Below are positions 19,923-29,368 of a stretch of 32,000 bases of DNA, one piece after another. The position numbers and the translations under genes were made by a program. The stretch is from Mycobacterium tuberculosis H37Rv. Lineage in GTDB: Bacteria; Actinomycetota; Actinomycetes; Mycobacteriales; Mycobacteriaceae. Where the stretch lies: assembly GCF_000195955.2 (NCBI RefSeq), contig NC_000962.3, forward strand, positions 2,460,001 through 2,492,000, written 5' to 3'. The notes beneath the pieces are model-generated. The model was not told where the DNA came from, did not search any database, and worked only from the letters and a program-made list of their open reading frames with translations. How positions within the stretch are numbered: the first letter of the stretch is position 1; every line of letters begins with the position of its first letter.

Positions 19923-21701
19923 TTAGATCACCCGCAGCCGCGCGGTACTGCGCAGCGCCTGCGGCAGCACCCGGGAGATGCCGTATAGCGCATAGGCTTC
20001 CGGCGCGACCGGTCTGATCGGCTTCTTCTTCTTGACCGCGGACACGATCGCGTCGGCTACCTTGTCCGGCCCGTAGCTGCGCAGCGCAAACATCTTGTCG
20101 ATCTGCCCCCGCCGGCCGTCGATCTTCTCCTCGTCGGTTCCGGGCGCGTGGAAACCGGTGGTAGCGACGATGTTGGTGTCAATGACACCGGGGCAGATGG
20201 TGGTCAGTCCGACACCGGCGGCATCGAGTTCGGCCCGCAAACAGTCGGAGAACATGTAGGTCGCCGCTTTGGAGGTGCAGTACGCGCTGAGCGACTGCAG
20301 CGGCGCATAGGCGGCCATCGACGACACGTTGACGATGTGCCCGCCAGTCCCCCGCTCGACCAGACGCTGCCCAAAAGCGCGGCAACCGTTCACCACGCCG
20401 CCCAGGTTGACGGCCAGCACCCGGTCGAACTGCTCAGCCGGGGTGTCCAGGAACCGACCCGCCTGGCCGATGCCGGCGTTGTTGACGACAATGTCGGGGA
20501 CCCCGTGTTCGGCGCTGACCCGCTCGGCGAATGCCTCGACCGCCTCGGCGTCGGACACGTCGAGCACATAGGGGTACGCGATGCCACCACGTGCGGCGAT
20601 CTCGGCGGCGGTGTCCTTGACGGTGGCCTCGTCGATGTCGCTGATAACGATCTCTGCACCCTCACGAGCAAAGGCGAGCGCGGTCTCGCGGCCGATTCCG
20701 CTGCCCGCCCCGGTAACCGACACCAGCGTGTCACCGAAGTACCCGCGGGGCCGTCCGACCTGGGCGCGTAACAGCGCGCGGCTCGGCTGCTTGCCGTCGG
20801 CCAGGTCGGCGAAGTCGTGCACGGCGGCCGCCATCACCTGCGGGTGCGACATCGGCGAAAAGTGACCAGCTTTGATGTCACGCCGCCAGAGCCGCGGCAC
20901 CCAGCGCGCCGTCTGGTCGTATCCGTAGGGCCGCACGTAGGGGTCCTGGGAATTGACGATCAGCTGCACCGGCACATCAACTATCGGAATGGCCCGGCCG
21001 CGGCGGCTGCTGGAAAACGACCGAAAGTAGTTTGCGGGGTAAGTCTTGACCGAGTGGGCGGCATCACGGGCCAGCGTCTCCGAGTGATGAATCTGGTCGA
21101 CGGGAATGTCGCCGACCATGTTGCGGCGGACGGCCGCACTCGACAGCGCAACCCGAAGCAGCAGCGGTGCGACCACCGGTACCGAGAACAAGGCCATGTA
21201 GCTCAACCGCAGTGTCTGGCTGATCGCCCGTAGAAAGGTTCGCGGACGCCAAGGCCGCCGCAGACCGCCATAAACGTAGTTGACCAGGTGGTCTTGACTG
21301 GGGCCGGACACCGACGTGAACGAGGCGACCCGATCACTGGCTCCGGGCCGGCGCAGGTACTCCCACACCCCCACCGAACCCCAGTCATGGGCCAGCACGT
21401 GCACCGGCTCACCGGGGCTCAGCTCGCCGATGACGGCGTCGAAATCGTCGGCGAAATGGGCCATGGTGTAGGCCGAAATGGGTTTGGGCACCGATGAGCG
21501 ACCGACACCACGGTTGTCGTAGCGAACGATCCGGAACCGTTCGGCCAGCAGCGGAACGACACCGTCCCACAGCACGTGCGAGTCCGGAAAGCCATGCACC
21601 AGCACGACGGTCGGGCCGTCGGGATTGCCTTCGTGGTAGACCGCGATGCGAACGCCATCCGGGCTGTCGACCAGACGGGACATCTGTTGTGTTGCCGGCA
21701 T
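19923..21701 (-). CDS. ephD: Bifunctional-architecture oxidoreductase EphD, 592 aa: N-terminal alpha/beta-hydrolase (epoxide hydrolase-like) fused to a C-terminal short-chain dehydrogenase (Rv2214c)
   Basis: Hydrolase motifs VVLVHGFPDS and LAHDWGS. SDR motifs VTGAGSGIGRETA (TGxxxGxG) and SAYCTSKAA (YxxxK). GGAGG SD at 21706-21710 (minus strand), 4 nt before ATG 21701. The 97 upstream codons of the longest ORF were rejected. Confidence 0.93.
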   Translation of the reverse strand: MPATQQMSRLVDSPDGVRIAVYHEGNPDGPTVVLVHGFPDSHVLWDGVVPLLAERFRIVRYDNRGVGRSSVPKPISAYTMAHFADDFDAVIGELSPGEPVHVLAHDWGSVGVWEYLRRPGASDRVASFTSVSGPSQDHLVNYVYGGLRRPWRPRTFLRAISQTLRLSYMALFSVPVVAPLLLRVALSSAAVRRNMVGDIPVDQIHHSETLARDAAHSVKTYPANYFRSFSSSRRGRAIPIVDVPVQLIVNSQDPYVRPYGYDQTARWVPRLWRRDIKAGHFSPMSHPQVMAAAVHDFADLADGKQPSRALLRAQVGRPRGYFGDTLVSVTGAGSGIGRETALAFAREGAEIVISDIDEATVKDTAAEIAARGGIAYPYVLDVSDAEAVEAFAERVSAEHGVPDIVVNNAGIGQAGRFLDTPAEQFDRVLAVNLGGVVNGCRAFGQRLVERGTGGHIVNVSSMAAYAPLQSLSAYCTSKAATYMFSDCLRAELDAAGVGLTTICPGVIDTNIVATTGFHAPGTDEEKIDGRRGQIDKMFALRSYGPDKVADAIVSAVKKKKPIRPVAPEAYALYGISRVLPQALRSTARLRVI

Positions 21702-21964
21702 CGCACCTCCGCCCACCGGGACTTGCTGTTGCAACCAGTCGCCCAAACCGTAGCAAGGACGGCCGACTGCACCGATGTCCCCGCCGAGGTGTCGGCAACG
21801 GCCGCCGGGGCCACCAACTCGCCGCGCCCTGGATGTGTGTCGCTCCGGGCGCAGTGACAGGATAGGTTTCGACATCCACCTGGGTTCCGCACCCGGTGCG
21901 CGACCGTGTGATAGGCCAGAGGTGGACCTGCGCCGACCGACGATCGATCGAGGAGTCAACAGAA

Positions 21965-23626
21965 ATGGCCTTCTCCGTCCAGATGCCGGCACTCGGTGAG
22001 AGCGTCACCGAGGGGACGGTTACCCGCTGGCTCAAACAGGAAGGCGACACGGTCGAACTCGACGAGCCCCTCGTGGAGGTGTCGACCGACAAGGTCGACA
22101 CCGAAATCCCCTCGCCGGCCGCGGGTGTGCTGACCAAGATCATCGCCCAGGAGGATGACACGGTCGAGGTCGGCGGCGAGCTCGCTGTCATTGGCGACGC
22201 CAAGGATGCCGGCGAGGCCGCGGCCCCGGCACCCGAGAAAGTCCCTGCGGCCCAACCCGAGTCCAAGCCGGCACCCGAACCACCACCGGTCCAACCGACG
22301 TCCGGAGCGCCTGCTGGTGGCGATGCCAAGCCGGTGCTGATGCCCGAGCTCGGCGAATCGGTGACCGAGGGGACCGTCATTCGTTGGCTGAAGAAGATCG
22401 GGGATTCGGTTCAGGTTGACGAGCCACTCGTGGAGGTGTCCACCGACAAGGTGGACACCGAGATCCCGTCCCCGGTGGCTGGGGTCTTGGTCAGTATCAG
22501 CGCCGACGAGGACGCCACGGTGCCCGTCGGCGGCGAGTTGGCCCGGATCGGTGTCGCTGCCGACATCGGCGCCGCGCCCGCCCCCAAGCCCGCACCCAAG
22601 CCCGTCCCCGAGCCAGCGCCGACGCCGAAGGCCGAACCCGCACCATCGCCGCCGGCGGCCCAGCCAGCCGGTGCGGCCGAGGGCGCACCGTACGTGACGC
22701 CGCTGGTGCGAAAGCTGGCGTCGGAAAACAACATCGACCTCGCCGGGGTGACCGGCACCGGAGTGGGTGGTCGCATCCGCAAACAGGATGTGCTGGCCGC
22801 GGCTGAGCAAAAGAAGCGGGCGAAAGCACCGGCGCCGGCCGCCCAGGCCGCCGCCGCGCCGGCCCCGAAAGCGCCGCCTGCCCCTGCGCCGGCGTTGGCA
22901 CATCTACGGGGCACCACCCAGAAGGCCAGCCGGATTCGTCAGATCACCGCCAACAAGACCCGCGAATCTTTGCAGGCAACGGCACAGCTGACACAAACCC
23001 ATGAGGTCGACATGACCAAGATCGTGGGGCTACGGGCCCGGGCCAAGGCGGCGTTCGCCGAGCGTGAGGGCGTGAACCTGACCTTCCTGCCGTTCTTCGC
23101 CAAGGCCGTGATCGATGCCCTCAAGATTCACCCGAACATCAACGCTAGCTACAACGAGGACACCAAGGAGATCACCTACTACGACGCCGAGCACCTAGGA
23201 TTCGCTGTCGACACCGAGCAGGGCCTGCTCTCCCCGGTCATCCACGACGCCGGCGATCTGTCACTGGCCGGTCTGGCGCGGGCGATCGCCGATATCGCGG
23301 CCCGTGCCCGGTCGGGCAACCTGAAACCCGACGAGTTGTCCGGCGGCACCTTCACCATCACCAACATCGGTAGCCAGGGCGCGTTGTTCGACACCCCGAT
23401 CCTGGTTCCGCCGCAGGCCGCCATGCTGGGCACCGGGGCGATCGTCAAGCGGCCGCGGGTGGTCGTCGATGCCAGCGGCAACGAGTCGATCGGGGTGCGC
23501 TCGGTCTGCTACCTCCCGTTGACCTATGACCATCGGCTCATCGACGGCGCCGACGCCGGACGTTTCCTCACCACGATCAAGCACCGCCTCGAAGAGGGAG
23601 CGTTCGAGGCCGATTTAGGACTGTGA
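21965..23626 (+). CDS. dlaT: Dihydrolipoamide acyltransferase E2 (DlaT, formerly SucB), 553 aa: two lipoyl domains, a peripheral-subunit-binding domain and a catalytic domain (Rv2215)
   Basis: Two copies of [11 protein letters not shown].....[25 protein letters not shown] segment [31 protein letters not shown]. Catalytic motif [10 protein letters not shown]-type ([13 protein letters not shown]). GAGGAG SD at 21950-21955. Confidence 0.95.
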
Positions 23627-24531
23627 TGGCCAACGCCGTTGTCGCGATCGCGGGTTCGTCTGGCTTGATCGGCTCTGCCCTGACCGCGGCGCTGCGCGCG
23701 GCCGACCACACGGTGCTGCGGATCGTGCGCCGGGCACCTGCGAATTCCGAAGAACTGCACTGGAATCCCGAAAGCGGCGAATTCGATCCGCACGCGCTCA
23801 CCGATGTCGACGCCGTGGTCAACCTCTGCGGCGTCAACATCGCCCAGCGTCGGTGGTCGGGGGCTTTCAAACAGAGCCTGCGCGACAGCCGGATCACACC
23901 CACCGAGGTGCTATCCGCCGCAGTCGCCGACGCCGGCGTCGCTACCTTGATCAACGCCAGCGCGGTGGGCTACTACGGAAACACCAAGGACCGGGTGGTC
24001 GACGAAAACGACTCGGCGGGAACAGGTTTTCTGGCCCAGCTGTGCGTTGACTGGGAAACCGCCACGCGGCCGGCGCAGCAGAGCGGTGCCCGCGTGGTGC
24101 TGGCCCGGACCGGAGTGGTGCTGTCTCCGGCGGGGGGCATGCTGCGACGCATGCGGCCACTGTTTTCGGTGGGCCTGGGCGCGCGGCTGGGCAGCGGCCG
24201 GCAATATATGTCATGGATCAGCCTGGAGGACGAGGTGCGGGCGCTGCAGTTCGCTATCGCGCAGCCCAACCTGTCCGGCCCGGTGAACTTGACCGGGCCG
24301 GCCCCCGTTACCAACGCCGAATTCACCACCGCGTTTGGCCGCGCCGTCAACCGCCCTACCCCGCTGATGTTGCCTAGCGTCGCGGTACGCGCGGCGTTTG
24401 GTGAGTTCGCCGACGAGGGGTTGCTCATTGGTCAGCGCGCCATCCCCTCCGCGCTGGAGCGAGCCGGATTTCAGTTCCACCACAACACCATTGGCGAGGC
24501 GCTCGGCTACGCCACCACCCGGCCCGGCTAG
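23626..24531 (+). CDS. Rv2216: NAD(P)-binding epimerase/dehydratase-like protein of unknown function (YfcH/TIGR01777, DUF1731-type C-terminus), 301 aa (Rv2216)
   Basis: N-terminal Rossmann motif [14 protein letters not shown]. The start overlaps the dlaT stop within GTGATGG (23623-23629), so GTG 23623 or ATG 23626 is possible. Confidence 0.88.
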
Positions 24532-24570
24532 GCTTGACCCCGTCTGCCCAGCCGTGCGCTGGCGGCCGAG

Positions 24571-24576
24571 TAGCCT
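24571..24576 (+). promoter_or_regulatory. Candidate -10 hexamer TAGCCT 7 nt upstream of the lipB GTG; possible leaderless lipB-lipA transcript
   Basis: The sequence is tagcct-agctatc-GTG(24584). No SD-like sequence lies in the 52-bp Rv2216-lipB spacer near the start. Confidence 0.3.
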
Positions 24577-24583
24577 AGCTATC

Positions 24584-25276
24584 GTGACGGGTTCTATCCG
24601 GTCGAAGCTGTCCGCGATCGACGTCCGCCAGCTGGGGACCGTCGACTACCGGACCGCGTGGCAGCTACAGCGAGAGCTAGCCGACGCCCGGGTCGCCGGC
24701 GGCGCCGACACGCTGCTGCTGTTGGAACACCCCGCGGTCTACACCGCCGGACGGCGTACCGAGACACACGAGCGACCCATTGACGGCACTCCGGTCGTCG
24801 ACACCGACCGCGGCGGCAAGATCACCTGGCACGGTCCGGGGCAATTGGTCGGCTACCCGATCATCGGGCTGGCCGAACCCCTCGACGTGGTCAATTACGT
24901 TCGGCGCCTTGAAGAATCGCTGATCCAAGTCTGCGCCGATCTGGGCCTGCACGCCGGCCGCGTCGACGGCCGGTCCGGGGTCTGGCTGCCCGGCAGGCCG
25001 GCGCGCAAGGTCGCGGCCATCGGTGTCCGGGTGTCGCGGGCGACGACACTGCACGGGTTTGCGCTCAACTGCGATTGTGATTTGGCTGCCTTCACCGCCA
25101 TCGTGCCATGCGGAATCAGTGACGCCGCAGTGACATCGCTGTCCGCCGAACTCGGCCGTACGGTCACCGTCGACGAGGTCCGCGCGACGGTCGCCGCCGC
25201 TGTCTGCGCCGCTCTGGACGGCGTCCTACCGGTCGGTGACCGCGTGCCCTCACACGCCGTACCATCGCCGTTATGA
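24584..25276 (+). CDS. lipB: Octanoyltransferase (lipoyl(octanoyl) transferase) LipB, 230 aa (Rv2217)
   Basis: Motifs [18 protein letters not shown], the catalytic-Lys region [10 protein letters not shown] and the Cys region IVPCGI. GTG 24584 is chosen because the upstream 62 codons of the longest ORF overlap Rv2216 and are non-protein-like. Confidence 0.93.
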   Translation: MTGSIRSKLSAIDVRQLGTVDYRTAWQLQRELADARVAGGADTLLLLEHPAVYTAGRRTETHERPIDGTPVVDTDRGGKITWHGPGQLVGYPIIGLAEPLDVVNYVRRLEESLIQVCADLGLHAGRVDGRSGVWLPGRPARKVAAIGVRVSRATTLHGFALNCDCDLAAFTAIVPCGISDAAVTSLSAELGRTVTVDEVRATVAAAVCAALDGVLPVGDRVPSHAVPSPL

Positions 25277-26208
25277 GTGTCGCTGCCGAGGGCCGGCGCC
25301 TGTTACGCCTGGAGGTGCGCAACGCGCAGACCCCAATCGAGCGCAAACCGCCGTGGATCAAGACACGAGCCCGCATCGGGCCGGAGTACACCGAGCTGAA
25401 GAACCTGGTCCGCCGCGAGGGGCTGCACACGGTCTGCGAGGAGGCCGGCTGCCCCAACATCTTCGAATGCTGGGAGGACCGAGAAGCCACCTTCCTGATC
25501 GGCGGTGACCAGTGCACCCGCCGATGCGATTTCTGCCAGATCGACACCGGAAAGCCCGCCGAGCTGGACCGCGACGAGCCACGCCGAGTCGCCGACAGCG
25601 TGCGCACGATGGGCCTGCGCTATGCCACCGTCACCGGCGTGGCTCGCGACGACCTGCCTGACGGCGGGGCCTGGCTGTACGCCGCGACCGTGCGCGCCAT
25701 CAAGGAACTCAATCCGTCGACCGGCGTCGAACTGCTGATTCCCGACTTCAACGGCGAACCAACCCGGCTGGCCGAGGTCTTCGAGTCCGGCCCGGAAGTC
25801 CTGGCACACAATGTCGAAACCGTGCCCCGTATCTTCAAGCGGATCCGGCCGGCGTTCACGTACCGGCGCAGCCTGGGTGTGCTTACCGCTGCGCGCGACG
25901 CCGGCCTGGTCACCAAGAGCAACCTCATCCTCGGCCTGGGCGAAACCTCCGACGAGGTGCGCACCGCCCTGGGCGATCTGCGCGACGCCGGCTGCGACAT
26001 CGTTACCATCACCCAATACCTGCGGCCGTCGGCGCGCCACCATCCGGTCGAGCGCTGGGTGAAGCCCGAGGAGTTCGTCCAGTTCGCGCGATTCGCCGAA
26101 GGGCTGGGCTTCGCCGGGGTATTGGCGGGACCCCTGGTTAGGTCGTCATATCGGGCGGGCCGGCTCTACGAACAGGCACGTAACTCACGGGCCTTGGCAT
26201 CCCGCTAG
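25273..26208 (+). CDS. lipA: Lipoyl synthase LipA (radical SAM), 311 aa (Rv2218)
   Basis: Auxiliary cluster motif [12 protein letters not shown] and radical-SAM motif [11 protein letters not shown] 25273 overlaps the lipB stop as ATGA. Confidence 0.96.
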   Translation: MSVAAEGRRLLRLEVRNAQTPIERKPPWIKTRARIGPEYTELKNLVRREGLHTVCEEAGCPNIFECWEDREATFLIGGDQCTRRCDFCQIDTGKPAELDRDEPRRVADSVRTMGLRYATVTGVARDDLPDGGAWLYAATVRAIKELNPSTGVELLIPDFNGEPTRLAEVFESGPEVLAHNVETVPRIFKRIRPAFTYRRSLGVLTAARDAGLVTKSNLILGLGETSDEVRTALGDLRDAGCDIVTITQYLRPSARHHPVERWVKPEEFVQFARFAEGLGFAGVLAGPLVRSSYRAGRLYEQARNSRALASR

Positions 26209-26234
26209 CCAGCGTTTACGTATTCTGGACGATT

Positions 26235-26987
26235 ATGGCGAAACCCCGAAATGCCGCTGAAAGCAAGGCCGCCAAAGCTCAGGCAAACGCTGCTCGTAAG
26301 GCTGCCGCCCGCCAGCGCCGCGCTCAGCTGTGGCAAGCGTTCACCCTGCAGCGCAAGGAGGATAAGCGCCTGCTGCCGTACATGATTGGTGCTTTCTTGC
26401 TGATCGTGGGCGCATCGGTGGGGGTCGGGGTGTGGGCTGGCGGGTTCACCATGTTCACGATGATCCCGCTGGGGGTGCTGCTGGGTGCACTGGTGGCGTT
26501 CGTCATCTTCGGCCGGCGAGCCCAGCGAACGGTTTACCGCAAAGCCGAAGGCCAAACCGGCGCAGCCGCCTGGGCGCTGGACAACCTGCGGGGCAAGTGG
26601 CGGGTGACGCCCGGGGTGGCCGCCACCGGCAACCTCGACGCCGTGCACCGGGTGATCGGCCGGCCCGGTGTCATCTTCGTCGGCGAGGGATCAGCGGCCC
26701 GCGTCAAACCACTGCTGGCTCAGGAGAAAAAGCGCACCGCGCGACTGGTCGGGGACGTGCCGATCTACGACATTATCGTCGGCAACGGCGATGGCGAGGT
26801 TCCGCTGGCCAAGTTGGAGCGCCACCTCACCCGCCTTCCGGCCAACATCACGGTCAAGCAGATGGACACGGTGGAGTCGCGACTGGCGGCGCTGGGTTCG
26901 CGTGCCGGTGCGGGCGTCATGCCCAAGGGACCGCTACCCACCACGGCCAAGATGCGCAGCGTCCAGCGCACGGTCCGCCGTAAGTAA
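26235..26987 (+). CDS. Rv2219: Conserved membrane protein, DUF4191-like, 250 aa: basic N-terminus and two TM helices (Rv2219)
   Basis: Clean ORF 26 bp after lipA. TM helices LLPYMIGAFLLIVGASVGVGVWA and FTMIPLGVLLGALVAFVIF. A TATTCT hexamer at 26221-26226 lies 8 nt before the ATG. Confidence 0.85.
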   Translation: MAKPRNAAESKAAKAQANAARKAAARQRRAQLWQAFTLQRKEDKRLLPYMIGAFLLIVGASVGVGVWAGGFTMFTMIPLGVLLGALVAFVIFGRRAQRTVYRKAEGQTGAAAWALDNLRGKWRVTPGVAATGNLDAVHRVIGRPGVIFVGEGSAARVKPLLAQEKKRTARLVGDVPIYDIIVGNGDGEVPLAKLERHLTRLPANITVKQMDTVESRLAALGSRAGAGVMPKGPLPTTAKMRSVQRTVRRK

Positions 26988-26993
26988 CGCGGC

Positions 26994-27416
26994 TCAGCGT
27001 CGCACCACCGCCGTAGCAGTGAGCCGATCGTGCAGCCCACGCCCGTCCGAGTCGGTGAACAGCGGCGGAACCACCAGCCCGATCAGCAGGCCACGCACCA
27101 CCAGACGGCCGATCCCCACCGGCCGCCGGCCACCCACTGCCACCACGACCAGACCCAGCATCAACTGCCCGGGTGTGAATCCGAACAAGCGGACCGCCGC
27201 CACCCCGAGCAGCAGCCAAATCACCAGGACAACCGTCGACAGCATCGGGGTCGACCAAACACCGAATTCCACGCCCAGCAACGCCAGACCGTAGGCGATC
27301 AGCCAGTCGATCAGCAGAGCCGCCAGCCGGCGCCCCATCGGAGCCAGCGAACCCGGTCCGGTGTCCGGCAAGCCCAGCGTCTTGCCGGGATAGTCGGGCG
27401 GCGATTTCGCCGTCAT
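26994..27416 (-). CDS. Rv2219A: RDD-family small membrane protein, about 140 aa from ATG 27416 (Rv2219A)
   Basis: RDD-type segment GRRLAALLIDWLIAYGLALL, later RGLLIGLVVPPLFTDSDGRGLHDRL, and three hydrophobic helices. The start is uncertain; the longest ORF begins at 27488. Confidence 0.78.
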   Translation of the reverse strand: MTAKSPPDYPGKTLGLPDTGPGSLAPMGRRLAALLIDWLIAYGLALLGVEFGVWSTPMLSTVVLVIWLLLGVAAVRLFGFTPGQLMLGLVVVAVGGRRPVGIGRLVVRGLLIGLVVPPLFTDSDGRGLHDRLTATAVVRR

Positions 27417-27531
27417 CGGGCAGACCCGATAACCAGGTTCCCGTTCGGCATGCCACCGGTTACGATCTTGCCGACCATGGCCCCACAATAGGGCCGGGGA
27501 GACCCGGCGTCAGTGGTGGGCGGCACGGTCA

Positions 27532-27569
27532 GTAACGTCTGCGCAACACGGGGTTGACTGACGGGCAAT
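27532..27569 (+). promoter_or_regulatory. Four pentamers at exact 11-bp phasing (GTAAC-n6-GCAAC-n6-TTGAC-n6-GCAAT) upstream of glnA1; resembles the actinobacterial GlnR box and overlaps a TTGACT -35-like hexamer
   Basis: Pentamers at 27532-36, 27543-47, 27554-58 and 27565-69. The published Streptomyces/Mycobacterium GlnR consensus is gTnAc-n6-GaAAc repeated. The site lies 46-83 bp upstream of the glnA1 GTG. Confidence 0.35.
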
Positions 27570-27614
27570 ATCGGCTCCATAGCGTCGGCCGCGGATACAG
27601 TAAAGGAGCATTCT

Positions 27615-29051
<1,437 letters not shown>

Positions 29052-29206
29052 GGACTCTTCGCAGTCCGGGTGTAGAGGGAGCGGCGTGTCGTTGCCAGGG
29101 CGGGCGTCGAGGTTTTTCGATGGGTGACGGTGGCCGGCAACGGCGCGCCGACCACCGCTGCGAAGAGCCCGTTTAAGAACGTTCAAGGACGTTTCAGCCG
29201 GGTGCC

Positions 29207-29249
29207 ACAACCCGCTTGGCAATCATCTCCCGACCGCCGAGCGGGTTGT
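29207..29249 (+). terminator. 10-bp-stem hairpin in the glnA1-glnE convergent spacer, followed by CTTTC; candidate glnA1 terminator or 3'-UTR structure
   Basis: acaacccgct (29207-29216) is the exact reverse complement of agcgggttgt (29240-29249), with a 23-nt loop. It lies about 156 nt after the glnA1 TAA. Confidence 0.35.
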
Positions 29250-29368
29250 CTTTCACATGCGCCGAAACTCAAGCCACGTCGTCGCCCAGGCGTGTCGTCG
29301 CGGCCGGTTCAGGTTAAGTGTCGGGGATTCGTCGTGCGGGCGGGCGTCCACGCTGACCAACGGGGCAG

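Noticed and set aside
21983-22540. Internal DNA repeat in dlaT with a 357-bp offset
   Set aside because: It is explained by the two tandem lipoyl domains of the E2 protein ([10 protein letters not shown]...[12 protein letters not shown] twice), a known domain duplication rather than a separate element.
25303-26043. 246-aa minus-strand ORF
   Set aside because: It is antisense to lipA (radical-SAM motifs are in the plus frame); a GC-rich artefact.
29098-29348. 11-bp direct repeat gggcgggcgtc at 29098-29108 and 29338-29348
   Set aside because: An 11-mer of this GC composition recurring once within a 32-kb GC-rich window is expected by chance, and there is no flanking similarity.
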